In this document: one piece after another, positions 52,701 to 64,000 of the stretch
Position numbering within the stretch: the stretch's first letter is position 1
How the letters are laid out: each line of letters starts with the position of its first letter
Source: Dimorphilus gyrociliatus
Taxonomy: Eukaryota; Animalia; Annelida
Assembly: GCA_904063045.1 (NCBI GenBank)
Contig: CAJFCJ010000061.1
Coordinates: forward strand, 24,744-88,743
Reading direction: 5' to 3'
Length of the DNA stretch: 64,000 nucleotides
Translations under genes and position numbers: made by a program
The notes under the pieces: model-generated
Databases searched by the model: none
Told to the model about the DNA's origin: nothing
Seen by the model: the letters and a program-made list of their open reading frames with translations, nothing else

Positions 52701-53830
52701 CTGATCCATCAGAACAATCTGCTTTATAATTGCACACTTGTTGATATGGAATTACACTTTTATTATCATTGCAAAAATATTGTGATGCTTCAGTACAATT
52801 TTCTTCATCTTCTCCCGAGAAACAATCAGTATGACCATTACAGATCTCTAGTAAAGAAATGCAAATATTATCCTTAGTGCAATGAAAGCTTGAAATGTGT
52901 GGACATGGATTTGAAAGGTTGAAATGAACATTGAAAATGGATTGTTGTACAATAGATGGTTCTAAAAAAAAATTCATAAAACTCAATAAAATAATTTGAA
53001 AGAATATTCTTGATTTCGAATTACTTAAAAGTTTTTGACAAAATAGAGAAGTCTTTAAATTTTTCCTACATGAGATTGCCATTTTGATATAAAATGTCAT
53101 TAAAATTGGTCTATTTCTGTTCAACCGCTTGATAATAAAACATTGAGAAGAAGGTTCATTTTGTATTAATTGTCCATTAATTATATATCTGACAAATGCG
53201 CTATTTTTTGGGCTATTTGTAATAATTAATATAATTATTCAACTAAATTGAATAAATGAATCAATGAGTAAGTATGCTCTGTAATATGATGGTGATATGT
53301 ATGAATTCCAGATAAGAAATTTGAGTATAGATGTGTTGGAGAGAGAAGAATATTTGTTTTATTACTAGATTTATCATTCAATAATTTCAAAGCTAAATTA
53401 ACACTTGTGAATAAAATATTGATTTTCTTTGATAATTAAATTTTTAGAGTTAACACCAATGTAAGAAAATTTCCATGAAAATTGGATGTAAATTTGGTTA
53501 GTTTAAAAATAATGGAAATGTTTTTAAATGGACATTTTCTTACTAATTCAATAACTTTTTTTTATTCACCAGTTGGAATTATCAAGTAATCATTTCCTTT
53601 TGAATTCAAAGAAGATAGAGACTTGATTGATTTGAAATTAGAAATTTTTAATATATACAATCTCAATAGTAATAAAAAATCATAGATGATAATTTCAAAA
53701 TTCAATGGCTCATCAATCATTTCTAAATTTTTTTTTGAACAACTTTCTTTCATATTTTGAACAGAAGATTTATGTTGTTGATGATAAATATAATAGCAAA
53801 CATCTAATATCTTGTAAGCATTTTCCAAAT
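49764..53830 (-). pseudogene. GRL101-like LGR (C-type lectin-like, at least 6 LDLa, LRR, 7TM) with two lesions
   Basis: CTLD-like CPY..CYYIY...C / C...SLFCQK; LDLa repeats (DCFSGEDE, DCSDGSDE, NCFDGSDE, DCMDGSDE, HCWYNDDE, NCREGNDE); LRRs; hinge LCC; TM7 IPINSVLNP. There is a frameshift in TM3 (~50575) and an in-frame TAA at the start of the last exon (~50001-50003). Confidence 0.8.
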
Positions 53831-54739
53831 ATGGACATTCTTTTCTCCAAATAAAAATATATAATTTGTAAAATGAGTATATTTTTGCTTAAATTACCCC
53901 ATTTCTCTCTTCCCTCACTACTACCCTTCCCAAAAATAGTAGCCTTACCTTCTGATTTCATCATCTTACATTGGATTTTTATATTTTCATTAATTTTATC
54001 CAATAGAAAAAGAGATCTATTGAAATAGACAAACATGACTGTAATTGATTAATTTCACCTTGTTAATTATTTAAAAAACCTACAATAACTTTAAATGTGT
54101 CTCTGACATAGTTTTATATAAACATTGTTCTATAGAAATACTTTGATTTGGACAAACTAAATCATAAAAGGCTAAGGCATTCATTGTTGGTTTTAAATTT
54201 TCATTTTCAGAAAACAATGTTCCAGATTCAAATCCAAAATGTTTACAAATTAAATTTGCTTCTTGATGATTGATTGTAATTTGATTAACTGGCCACCATA
54301 CTCCATATTTAAATATTTCAAAAACTCCAATGCTATGTGATAATGATTTTCTTGTATTTCTATAAATATAACCATTTTCTTTATCATAAATTCTTTGTTT
54401 GTGATCTATTCATTTTAAAGAGAAAATAGAGAGTTTTGTCAAATAAGCATTTATTCAATTCAAATTTCTTTATTCAAAACCTTTTAGAAAGTGAACTTTT
54501 TGTGGAATTTCTTCACAAAGTATACTTATCAATTTGACAACTACGACATATCTTCGAATTGAACAAAGGTATCTTGAATCGTTTAATTTATTACAGAATG
54601 AATAGATCCGGTAATGAATTTGATTTGTCTGAAAATCAATAGATCAATAATTGAGATTTTATAATTTTAAGCAAGATTTTGTAGGTGTTTTGATTAATTG
54701 ATTGAAAATGTGTTACTAATGTAGGATATGGCCCAGAAT

Positions 54740-56230
54740 CTATTCTGGACTTACTTACTGGCACAATAACTTGAACTTGATGAAATAAGCTACTACAAAT
54801 ATCTACATTCTTTAATAAAAGATAGTATAAGAAATATGAAAATGTTTCTCAAATTTTCAATATTTACTAGGTCACCAAGTTTAGAGTCTCTTGACCAGTT
54901 ACGGGCTGAGAGTACTTTATTTTGTCTAATACATGTTTCATTAAATGCTTCAAGGTCAAACTCTGAAGTGTCTTTAGAATGATTAATAAATCTTGTAAAA
55001 TATGATTTCTCAAGTGTATGTTTTAAAGAATCTTTATGAGGAGAATACGTCACGTTTCTGCCATTTCCTGTTGACATTTAGAAATTTATATATATATATA
55101 TATATCCAATTTTTTACTATCAGCAGAAAACATCCATAACTTGACAAACTTTGAATTTAAAGTTTTAATTAAGTTTTTGAGTTTGGAATCATTGTTTTGT
55201 TGTTGTTTTTGTTAATTTCTTACATCTTAACTAGCATTTATTATAAAATTAAAGCTAAGGGTCAGAGTTAAAGGTAAAAACTTCAAAAATTTAATATAAC
55301 GTTTTCTGTTGCACATAAAAATCAGTTTTATCTTACTAATTATGTCACCAAAATAACAAATAATAGTTTCAAAATGTTGATTTTGAGAAATTTTCATTTC
55401 TATTGAATCTCCAATGATATTAGTTATTTTAATAAGTTGATTTGAATAGAAATAAGTGGAATGATGCAAAAAATTTGCATTTTTACAAATATCCTCTCTA
55501 AGATGTGTTTTATCCATTCTAAAAAGCATATTTTTATATCTCAAATGACATTCAAATACTGATAGACTTTTAGAAAATGGTGTTACATAGAAATCTGTTT
55601 TAAAAGAAAGTAAACAAAAGTAAGATAGGCCTATGGAATACTTATAAAAATAGCATACACGGAGCACTTGTTTTAAAACACTTAATGCAACAAAATTCAA
55701 TATTTTCATTTTCTTTTTTTTCTTTTAATGCTCTAATAATTGATTTTTAAGAAAAAGAAAAAAGAGGTTATGTTTTTTATTGGAATAATAAGAAAAAGAC
55801 TAACAAATGGCAGCATTTTTGTTGTTTTTCTATTACTGAGTAGTAATTTTCAGATGAATCTTTTCAATTTAAAATATGCAAAAAATATATACATTTATGA
55901 AATAGAAATATTAATACATAATTTATAAAATAATACAAAACTGGTATTTTGAGGACAAGTAAAATATTCATGATAGATTGAATCATAATTAAAATCTGAG
56001 CAAAGTTTGTTAAAATATTTATTCATAATACATTGTTCCATTTTTAAAGAGGCTTTAATGTTATATTTTGAATGATAAACTAATATTTTTCCTATTATAT
56101 AAATTGTATGATTTTCAATAATTTCCAATTTTATATTTTTATTAAATCCATCAGTGAAAGTAGTAATAGAAAAAAGAAATATATAAAAGAAGTTGGATAT
56201 TTTTACAAAGGATATCATCATCATCATCAT
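54740..56230 (-). CDS. Possible upstream exons of the LGR (signal-peptide-like start)
   Basis: Same-strand ORFs with acceptor-like flanks; MISFVKISNFFYIFLFSITTFTDG resembles a signal peptide. Exon joins were not resolved. Confidence 0.3.
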
Positions 56231-57039
56231 CAGTATGGATGTTTTTAAAAATCCTTTAAGATTTCAATATATAAATATATATATATATATATAAAATGAA
56301 ATACATTTTAATAATTATTTTCTCTAATTAGCAAAAAAAAAGAACCTGTATTATTGTCCATTAATCAAAAAAACCTTTTATTAGAATGTAACTGATACTT
56401 TTAAAGGTATTTTTGTTATTGAAAATTGTAACATCTTCCTTTTTCTTCTTTTTCCTCCCCTTTGTTTTTAGCTAGAGAATAGTTGAAAGAGAGTTTTTGG
56501 TGTATTCTGTTGTTTAATACTAGTTTGGTGCATATCTCTATATGGATGTCATAAGATGTCCATCCATATTTATCTTTCTCAAACATTGTCTTTCAATTCT
56601 TCTATCTCTAAAAAAATAATTCTTACACATGTATTGAAGATATATAGATTGAAACAGGAGCAAAAACACTTTTCACACTCAGATATATACGGTATACAGT
56701 GCTGAAACAAGTTTTGTTCTGTACAGGCGACTTTTCTTTTATAAGGGCTATTTTGAAGGGTAATCAATGGGATTTTTTTAGAAAAAATTTGACTACTGTG
56801 CAGAAATTTTGTCTAGTCTTATAAGAAATTTTCAGATGCTTTCTACCTCTTCTAGTTAGAGAGAGGTTGGTGTTGCATTTCATCATTTTTCTTGATCACA
56901 AGATTCTTAACATTTTATATTTAATATTTATAATAACAAAATAACTAATATATGAAAATTGACAACAGGTGAGAAATTTAACATAGAAAAGTGGATACAA
57001 GTGTTAGTTTAAGATGTCTATTTGAATGCCAATCAGGAT

Positions 57040-57420
57040 GTCAACTGAATGTTGAAAATTGAAAGGGAAAAAATTTGAAATCTATTGTCAAATGATTAAG
57101 ATTTGATATGGAGAAATCAATCAAATCAACTTTTATAAAATTGAATTGTAAATTCCGTTCAACATCTTGTCTACCATAAAATCTTTTACTACAGTTAATA
57201 CAAACTGGTGCCATTACTAAGTTTCTGCAAAAAATATTCACTTTCAAATATGGCTGACAAACACAAAAGTTATATCTATTAGAATACTTACCAGTCTATC
57301 TCATTATTCTTTATGTAAATTATTTCATATGGTTGTATTGCAAGTTTGTACAATTTCTTTGTTATCCTGCTCTCCGGCTATCTCTTTCGTTATAGGAAAT
57401 TTCTAACCATTATCCTCTGA
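57040..57420 (-). mobile_element. MULE 5' remnant
   Basis: MAPVCINCSKRFYGRQ (ATG at 57214) matches the PHD starts of other copies; deleted thereafter. Confidence 0.6.
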
Positions 57421-57644
57421 CAAAAACAGTTTAAGAAGGGTAACCACTTGTGGATATGAGAAATCCGATAGTACATAATTAATTCTATACTATTCACTCA
57501 ATTAGAGATGGAAATTAATCAGAACCAATAAGCAAGTTCAAAACTAGGTCAATACTGCCTACCTTTGTCAATGCTGTCTGCATTTGAGTGATTAACAAAA
57601 ATGGTTATAAAATTGTTCAAATTTTATAAATATGAATCATTGTT

Positions 57645-57790
57645 GGATGTCAGCTTGAGTCAGTACGATTGTATGTGAAAGAGAAGGAGTGAGTGTGTAA
57701 CATGTTTTCAGGGTAAATGATTTGGATTTATATCATTATTGGTCAGCTTGAATTGATTCCATGTTACACAAGTCAAGCTAAATCAAAAAT
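57645..57790. repeat. ~150-bp direct repeat, partner at 61561-61710
   Basis: Shared blocks ATGTTG.ATGTCA, ATTGGTCAGCTTGA and CAAGCTAAATCA. Confidence 0.6.
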
Positions 57791-58294
57791 GTGGCATCAC
57801 AGATGAGTAGAGTCGAGTACCCCAGTTAAACAACACAAGCAGACGACAAGATAAGAATTAATTGGTTGCTTGAGGTAAATGATATTTTGAAACCTTTGAA
57901 GATAATCAACTATCTATTTAAAAGAATTAAGTAGCATATTACATATTACATGTACCTTATGACATGGAATTGATTCAAATTTTAAGAATTTAAAATAATT
58001 TATTGAACAACTGACAAACCTTCTATATAATCAATTTGTTCAAAGAAGCAGAATGCTAGCACTACTTGCAAATTTAGATCCTCAACTGACCTCTATTGCC
58101 AAATCAGTTTGGAATGCACGGTGGTTGAATGGGAGAATTAGCTATAGCTAAGCAATGTTCTCAACAACAAATGTTCTCAACAAGCTAGTTTTCCAAGAAC
58201 AACCAATCACTTATGTTCTAAAGCAAGTCAATAAAGAAAGATGCTGGATAAACATCAGGCAATCAGTTTACTGAATAGAACCAATCCATTGGTG

Positions 58295-58487
58295 GGGGCC
58301 GACAGAAAACATTCCCAAGTGAGATTTTTGAGAGCAAGATTTCGGATTAAAAAATGGTTAGCAGGAGTAAAGTAGCTTTTGATTTGTAGTTAGAGGGGTT
58401 CCATCTAAGGGTTACGGGTAATCAAAAAGGTTAGAGAGAGACAAGGGTTAGGGTTAAACCTTGCATTTGGGGACATTTTCTGTCGTA
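58295..58487. mobile_element. A-type MITE, inverted relative to 33060
   Basis: Left end GGGGCCGACAGAAAAC. The left flank is CCATTGGTG; at the right only ATTGGTG survives, so the terminus is clipped. Confidence 0.85.
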
Positions 58488-58758
58488 TTGGTGTTATTTA
58501 ATAGAGTTTTTAAAAAAAAAATAAAGAATTGAGGTCTTTTAACAGCTCAGAATAAACTAGCCTAAGACTTAAGACTAGAAATAAATATATTATAATCAAT
58601 TTTAGAGAATATTTGACAAATCAATAAAGATAGCATAATATGTAGGTCAAAAATCTTTTGCATATCTTGTAAAAATTTCACTCCATTTTACACTTAAAAA
58701 TACCAATGTAATAATCAAAATTTTGATAGAGATAATTCAAATGTTAGAAGCCCTACCA

Positions 58759-59850
58759 TCATCTTCGTCTACGAAAATAAGTTGTTACAGCAATAATTTC
58801 ATATTTGCTGTAAGAAAAGAAGTTAGAATAGTATAAACTTTGAAAAGGTATTTTTTAATTACTGTTTTTTACAGCAAACACCACTAACAATAAGTATTAC
58901 TGTAACAACTGAGACTGCTATAACTGTTTTTTGAAAAAGAAAAATAAACATTAGGAATTATTTTCATTATCATCATTTTTAAAAAACAAACTTACTAATT
59001 ATTTTGGCATTATTCCTTTGATCTTTTGATATTGGGTCAACTACAGAAGTAATAAGGGAAAAGTCAAAATAAAAAATTAGGTAATATGTGGTCACGAAAA
59101 TTCACTTCCACTCTTAATAATCTTAGGCCTATATTACAGTTTCTCAAAAATGCTGCTCTTTTTAGATAAGATAAGATAAAAATATATATTCATGAACTGT
59201 TATCTATTTGAGTAGAGATAACTCAATCTAAATAGAATGACAAACCAGTTGTTGGTGTGTAGCTTCTTCCACAGGGTAATGGTGTTTCGTATTGACTGTA
59301 ACAACTGTTCCGGTATACATTAAAAACCTGTCCTATTTAAAAAAAATACTGAGTTGTGTAAACTTTTTCCAGTTTCTAGCATTTTACATACCATTTAAAC
59401 AGTAGCGTGTCCCTACATTTCTATAGGCATAGCAGACAAACATTGTTCTGCACGTATCACCAACATTAGGATAATATCCATTGAGTAGAGTTCTGCAATT
59501 TCTGTTTCGTCCACAGGGAGGAGGACTAACTTGAAAACTGTAAGAGAATTTAGGGTGTTTAGGAAAGGGTTAACAGCCTACCCGTCACACTTCCTCTTCA
59601 TATGATTATAAACTGTTGGTGAGGAACAGAAAACTGGAATTTCACGTCTGTTATAGCATTGTACATAAAAACTGCAATTTTGACGTAAATGAACTCCATT
59701 TGGTTTGTTATAGCAAACATTAGTTGCAAGGGAAGAAACTATAAAACAAAACAAAAATAATATTGAAATTTAACTGATACTACTCACTTGAAAATATTAT
59801 AATTTACCAAAAAATGATAAAGACATTGAAATCACCATCTTCATCATCAT
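58759..59850 (-). CDS. Type I membrane protein with two chitin-binding peritrophin-A (CBM14) domains, 7 exons, 195 aa
   Basis: Exons 59850-59808, 59738-59582, 59537-59392, 59332-59246, 59040-58996, 58923-58863 and 58807-58759 are all GT-AG, phase-compatible and total 588 nt. The product has a signal peptide, two 6-Cys CBM14-like units each followed by PPPCG/PLPCG, the TM IIIIAVSVVTVILIVSGV and a tail ending RRRR. Confidence 0.85.
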
Positions 59851-60601
59851 TTTATAATTCCCTAATAAAAGAAAATTCAATTAATCAAATGTTTGATGCT
59901 CTCTATTTCAGTTGAGAGATGAAATGTTGGTCATGTTTGAATTATTCTGTCATTTTTATATTATGTAATATATTCTATATCTAATTGCAGTATTTTGTTA
60001 TTGGCTAGAGATAACACGCCAAAAAGAGAGATAACAAATTTACTTTCTTTGGAATAACTTTTAATTAATGATTATTTACTTCCTTAATTACGAATAAGCC
60101 TGTGTTAAAACACCAAAAAGAAGTATTACTAAATTGTGAATGGTACCTCACCACACTTTCACATACTATTAAAAGTGAATTTTTTATTTAGACTCACCCA
60201 CATTTATCATAATTTGAGCAATATTTTTGGTATATATCCAAAGATTGTATTGCATCTAACCTATCACGGTTTATAGAGAAAACACCTACAGAAGAAAATG
60301 TCCACAACTGAGGAGAAAACATCTACATTAATTTTTTTTTTGAAAAATGGTTTAGAGATATTATTCAAAATGTTGAATCACTTCTGAACTGATTGCCATA
60401 TATCATTAGAGATGATGAAATGATGATTTCTAACATTTTCTTCTGCTTATTTACTGAAAAAATATATCTATCAGTATAATATTGATGATGAAAGGGAATT
60501 TTACTTAAATGAGGTATTTAAAAATTAAATATAACAAGAAAATAATCAAAAAGAATTGACAATAATTTTTCAAACAGATTAATTTTACTAATTTTGATAG
60601 A

Positions 60602-61501
60602 ATGAAATTATATGTTTTATGTTTGCCACAAAATGGATTGGCTAATACGATAAGGTCATTAGTAGCTTGTAATATTCTATCTGAAATCTTAAATAGAACA
60701 GTATTGATTTATTCAAATATTCCAAAAGAAGACTGCTCCATGGATACATATTTTAGTTTTAACTCAATTCAAGTTATTGAGACACATGCATTGGGAAATT
60801 ATACACCTAATATTTATTCATTTTTTTATTGTAATGTATCCATTATTGAAGAATTAATGGATAATAAGGACACAATTTTTGCTGTGAAAAGTGGCAATTT
60901 TTTTTTAAGAAGAGAAACATTGGTTAAACTTAAACTTAAAACTGAAAAATTCAAGAAATGTGGAACAAATAAAGCTATATTTTTACCATACTTTAAGAAA
61001 TTGTTTAAACCAAAGGGATTACTTTTAAAAAGGCTTCAGATACATAAAAAACATTTTGAGAAGTATAAAACTGTCAAATGTATTCAAATAAGAACTGGAT
61101 GGACAGAATATTATCACAAAAGGAAATGGACTGAAAAATGCATTCAAGAAGCATTAAACATCGAAAATATTACCTCTGTTGAAAGAGATAATTCATCAAT
61201 TTTATTCATGACACTGGACAGTCCTATCCTGAAACATTATATAAAGAGCATCAATAAATATCCAATATATTTTGTGGAAGGCACACCAAGTCACTTCAGG
61301 GATAAAAATATCTCTTGCCAATTAATATTAAATATATACCTAGAATTTTTTCTCTTGGGACAGTGTAATGAAGCCTTAGTAAGTGATAGTTCAACATTTG
61401 GAATGTATGGAATTACAAGAAGTTTGGCTAGTAATAGTGTTTTCATAATGAAATGTGTTAGAAGTCAATTATTAATAAGACAAAGAAGATCTTGGGCATA
61501 A
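60602..61501 (+). CDS. GT-B fucosyltransferase-superfamily protein (GT11/GT23/GT37/NodZ-type motifs)
   Basis: NGLANTIRSL (GLGN-like loop), IQIRTG (motif I), LFMTLDS (motif II) and EFFLLGQCNEALVSDSSTFG (motif III); 299-aa intronless ORF. Confidence 0.8.
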   Translation: MKLYVLCLPQNGLANTIRSLVACNILSEILNRTVLIYSNIPKEDCSMDTYFSFNSIQVIETHALGNYTPNIYSFFYCNVSIIEELMDNKDTIFAVKSGNFFLRRETLVKLKLKTEKFKKCGTNKAIFLPYFKKLFKPKGLLLKRLQIHKKHFEKYKTVKCIQIRTGWTEYYHKRKWTEKCIQEALNIENITSVERDNSSILFMTLDSPILKHYIKSINKYPIYFVEGTPSHFRDKNISCQLILNIYLEFFLLGQCNEALVSDSSTFGMYGITRSLASNSVFIMKCVRSQLLIRQRRSWA

Positions 61502-61938
61502 ACAACACAAATTGATTTTTTGTAATTATTCTATAAAATTAAAAAAAAATCTTGTTAGCAATGTTGTATGTCAATATGAGTTAGTATGAATGTTTAAACA
61601 AAGAGAAGTGAGAGTGTGTCAATTATGTTTAGTGTATATGAATCTGTGTTCATATCACGATTGGTCAGCTTGACGTGATATCATATCACAAGCTAAATCA
61701 GAATGATATAGCTGAGAAACAAACTCACAATACAAAACATAGATACTATCTTGTAACATTTATTTTAAATTAAACTTCCTGGTTAATATAATGTTAACAA
61801 TGATACCAACAATTTCAGCACAAAGATTTTTAGTTGCAACAATACATTCTTTTCAATGAATTGAACTTTTATATTTCCCTTTCTAAACTTGCAATGAATC
61901 ATAGAGAAACAGATACAATTGGTAGACCATTATTATTA

Positions 61939-64000
61939 GGGATCAACAGAAAACGGACCCAACAGAAAACGGCCCCAACCGGAACAGAAAACGGCCCCAA
62001 TCAGAACAGAAAACAGCCCCAACTGAGACAGAAAACGGCCACAAAATTTCGAAATATACAATACTCATAAATTGAATAGAATAAGTTAATTTAAAATTTT
62101 TTTCTATTAGTTAGTAAATATTGGATGAAAAAATATTAAATTGTCCACCAGTTTTTCCTAAGAGGTTGAATATTTTGCACTATTTTTAAATTCCTGCCAA
62201 TAGGTTAAAGCAGCTCAAAGGAGATTTTTGCCACAATGCTACCATATTGTTTTGGATGTAAGAAAAAGATTAATAAGCTGAAGCAATGTGTTTGTTCACT
62301 TTGTCATCATAAAGTCCATTGGGCTTGTTTATCAGGTAAGATCCAAATTGATTTTAATGTAAACTAAGCTCTTTCTTTTGTAGATGGATTATGTTCTATA
62401 TGTTCAAGTCTTGATAAAAAAAAAATCAGAATTATTCTGAGCAAATGTGATGAAATTTTACAAGATAAATCTACCAATAAAGTCTCAAATGCTGAAAATA
62501 TAGATCTAAATCATACAAGAGAAGAGATAGATGTGCAAAATATAATAATGGATGTTGATCATGAAGAAGTGGTTACCCTTATTGAAACACTGAATTGTGA
62601 TGCAGAGTACAGGCTTGTTGATAATCTTAGTGAAAGCAGCCCTCTGCATGGAAATACATTACATTTGAATGAGAATGATATCAATATGGAGGAGTCCTTT
62701 GAAAGTATACCAGAGGTGAACTATGACAGCAATGGTAAATTCAGAATATTCCCTACAGGAAGTCAAAAAGGCAAAGAATTACTTGTATCTAATGGTCACT
62801 CATTTGTTGTCAAAAGAAAAGACAAGACTTCCATAATTTGGAGATGTGGAGTTAGAAGCAAGAAAATGCTGCCAGTGTCATTCAAAGAAATAATAACTTC
62901 TCTTTGGGGTCTAAATATCATATTCACCCTCCCAAAAAAAATTTAGAACAAATTATTGAAATGAAAGTGACAGCAAAACAAAAAGGAAAGACTGGCACCA
63001 ATGTTAGTGGAAAACGAATAGCTGAAAATGTTCTGCTTCCTTTTGCAAATATGGGAAATATTGTACAAGTTGAAAATTGCAAAGAAATGATAAATTATCA
63101 TAGAAGAAAATATCGTCCCAATGAACCTATTGGAAGAAACTTTCTTATTAATAATTGCTTTATTCCTGATGATTTCTTAAAGAAAGATGTCCTTGAAAAT
63201 AATGAAAGAGTGATTATTTTTTCCACTTCAAAACAACTTAGCTTACTTGCAGTGTCAAAAGTCTGGTACTTAGATGGAACTTTCAAGATTGTTAAGGACC
63301 CATTTACACAGTTATTTTCATTTCACTCATTCCTCAAAAAAGAAGGTGAATTAAAACAGGTTCCTCTTCTATATGCATTCATGTCATCAAAAAAGAAAAA
63401 AGCATATAATCTGTTATTCAAGGTAGTTCAACTTGAAATTTTCTCTGAAATGCATTTAATATTCATTTCACTGTTTTTCAGTGCATTAATCAACTGCTAC
63501 AATATAAGGAACCAAAAAAGATAATTATGGATTTTGAAAAAGCTATTTGGAAAGCTGTGTTAAATAATTGGGAAAATGTAAATCTGTCAGGATGGTTATT
63601 CCATTGGAATCAAGCAGTTTATAGAAAAATTCAGGTATTATTCAACCTAAACTCAAACTGGAGTCATTTTTAATTTTGTTTTTTTAGGAGCTTGGTTATT
63701 CTACAGACTTCAACAAAAAAAAATGGACAATGGTTTGAAATGAGACAGCTAATGGCTTTGCCATTCCTTCCATCTCACATTATTCCAATAGAGTTTATTA
63801 AAATTAAGGATTACCTTAAATCAATTGATAACTTGCTGATTTTATTGATTATTTTGAAAGAACTTGGATTTTGAATGATGTTTGGTCACAAAATGTTGGT
63901 CTATCTATCATGTGCAATCAGAACAATAATGATGTTGAGGGATTTCACAATAGGTTGAATGGAAATGTTGGAGTGAATGTTTCATTTTATTCTGTGATAG
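61939..64000 (+). mobile_element. MULE 'E', runs off the window; defective PHD-FLYWCH-MULE transposase
   Basis: Left TIR GGGATCAACAG plus an ACAGAAAACGGCCCCAA array. The PHD (CFGC..CSLCHHKVHWAC/CSIC) is split by intron 62336-62382. GSQKGKELLVSNGHSF, WYLDGTFK and NNDVEGFH are present, with frameshifts. Confidence 0.9.

Noticed and set aside
1-64000. Prokaryotic operons, rRNA or tRNA genes, or contamination
   Set aside because: Spliceosomal introns and animal gene and TE families occur throughout; no structured RNA gene was recognised by eye.

Overview
This is AT-rich animal genomic DNA with short (~45-110 bp) GT-AG introns, most consistent with a compact-genome lophotrochozoan-type invertebrate (inference from GRL101-like receptors, NLRs and CBM14). 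I recognised no rRNA, tRNA or CRISPR. About a third of the window is transposon-derived. From about 6 to 20 kb there is a nested stack of Mutator-like (Phantom-type) elements; three have exact 9-bp TSDs. Their intron-containing transposases have the architecture PHD finger - acidic linker - FLYWCH - MULE DDE, and their TIRs are family-specific tandem arrays. There are also 207-bp MITEs with telomere-like interiors, a DD35E Tc1 element, several decayed Tc1 copies and an unclassified ~0.9-kb repeat. Host genes include two GRL101-like LRR-GPCRs (one decaying) and a truncated class A GPCR. From 27 to 49 kb lies a rapidly decaying innate-immunity-type cluster: an NLR, a death-fold-LRR lacking its NACHT, an intact-looking RING-LRR fusion and RING pseudogenes. 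A 7-exon membrane-anchored chitin-binding gene missed by the ORF track sits head-to-head with an intronless fucosyltransferase-like ORF. All calls come from manual reading and translation, with no database searches.
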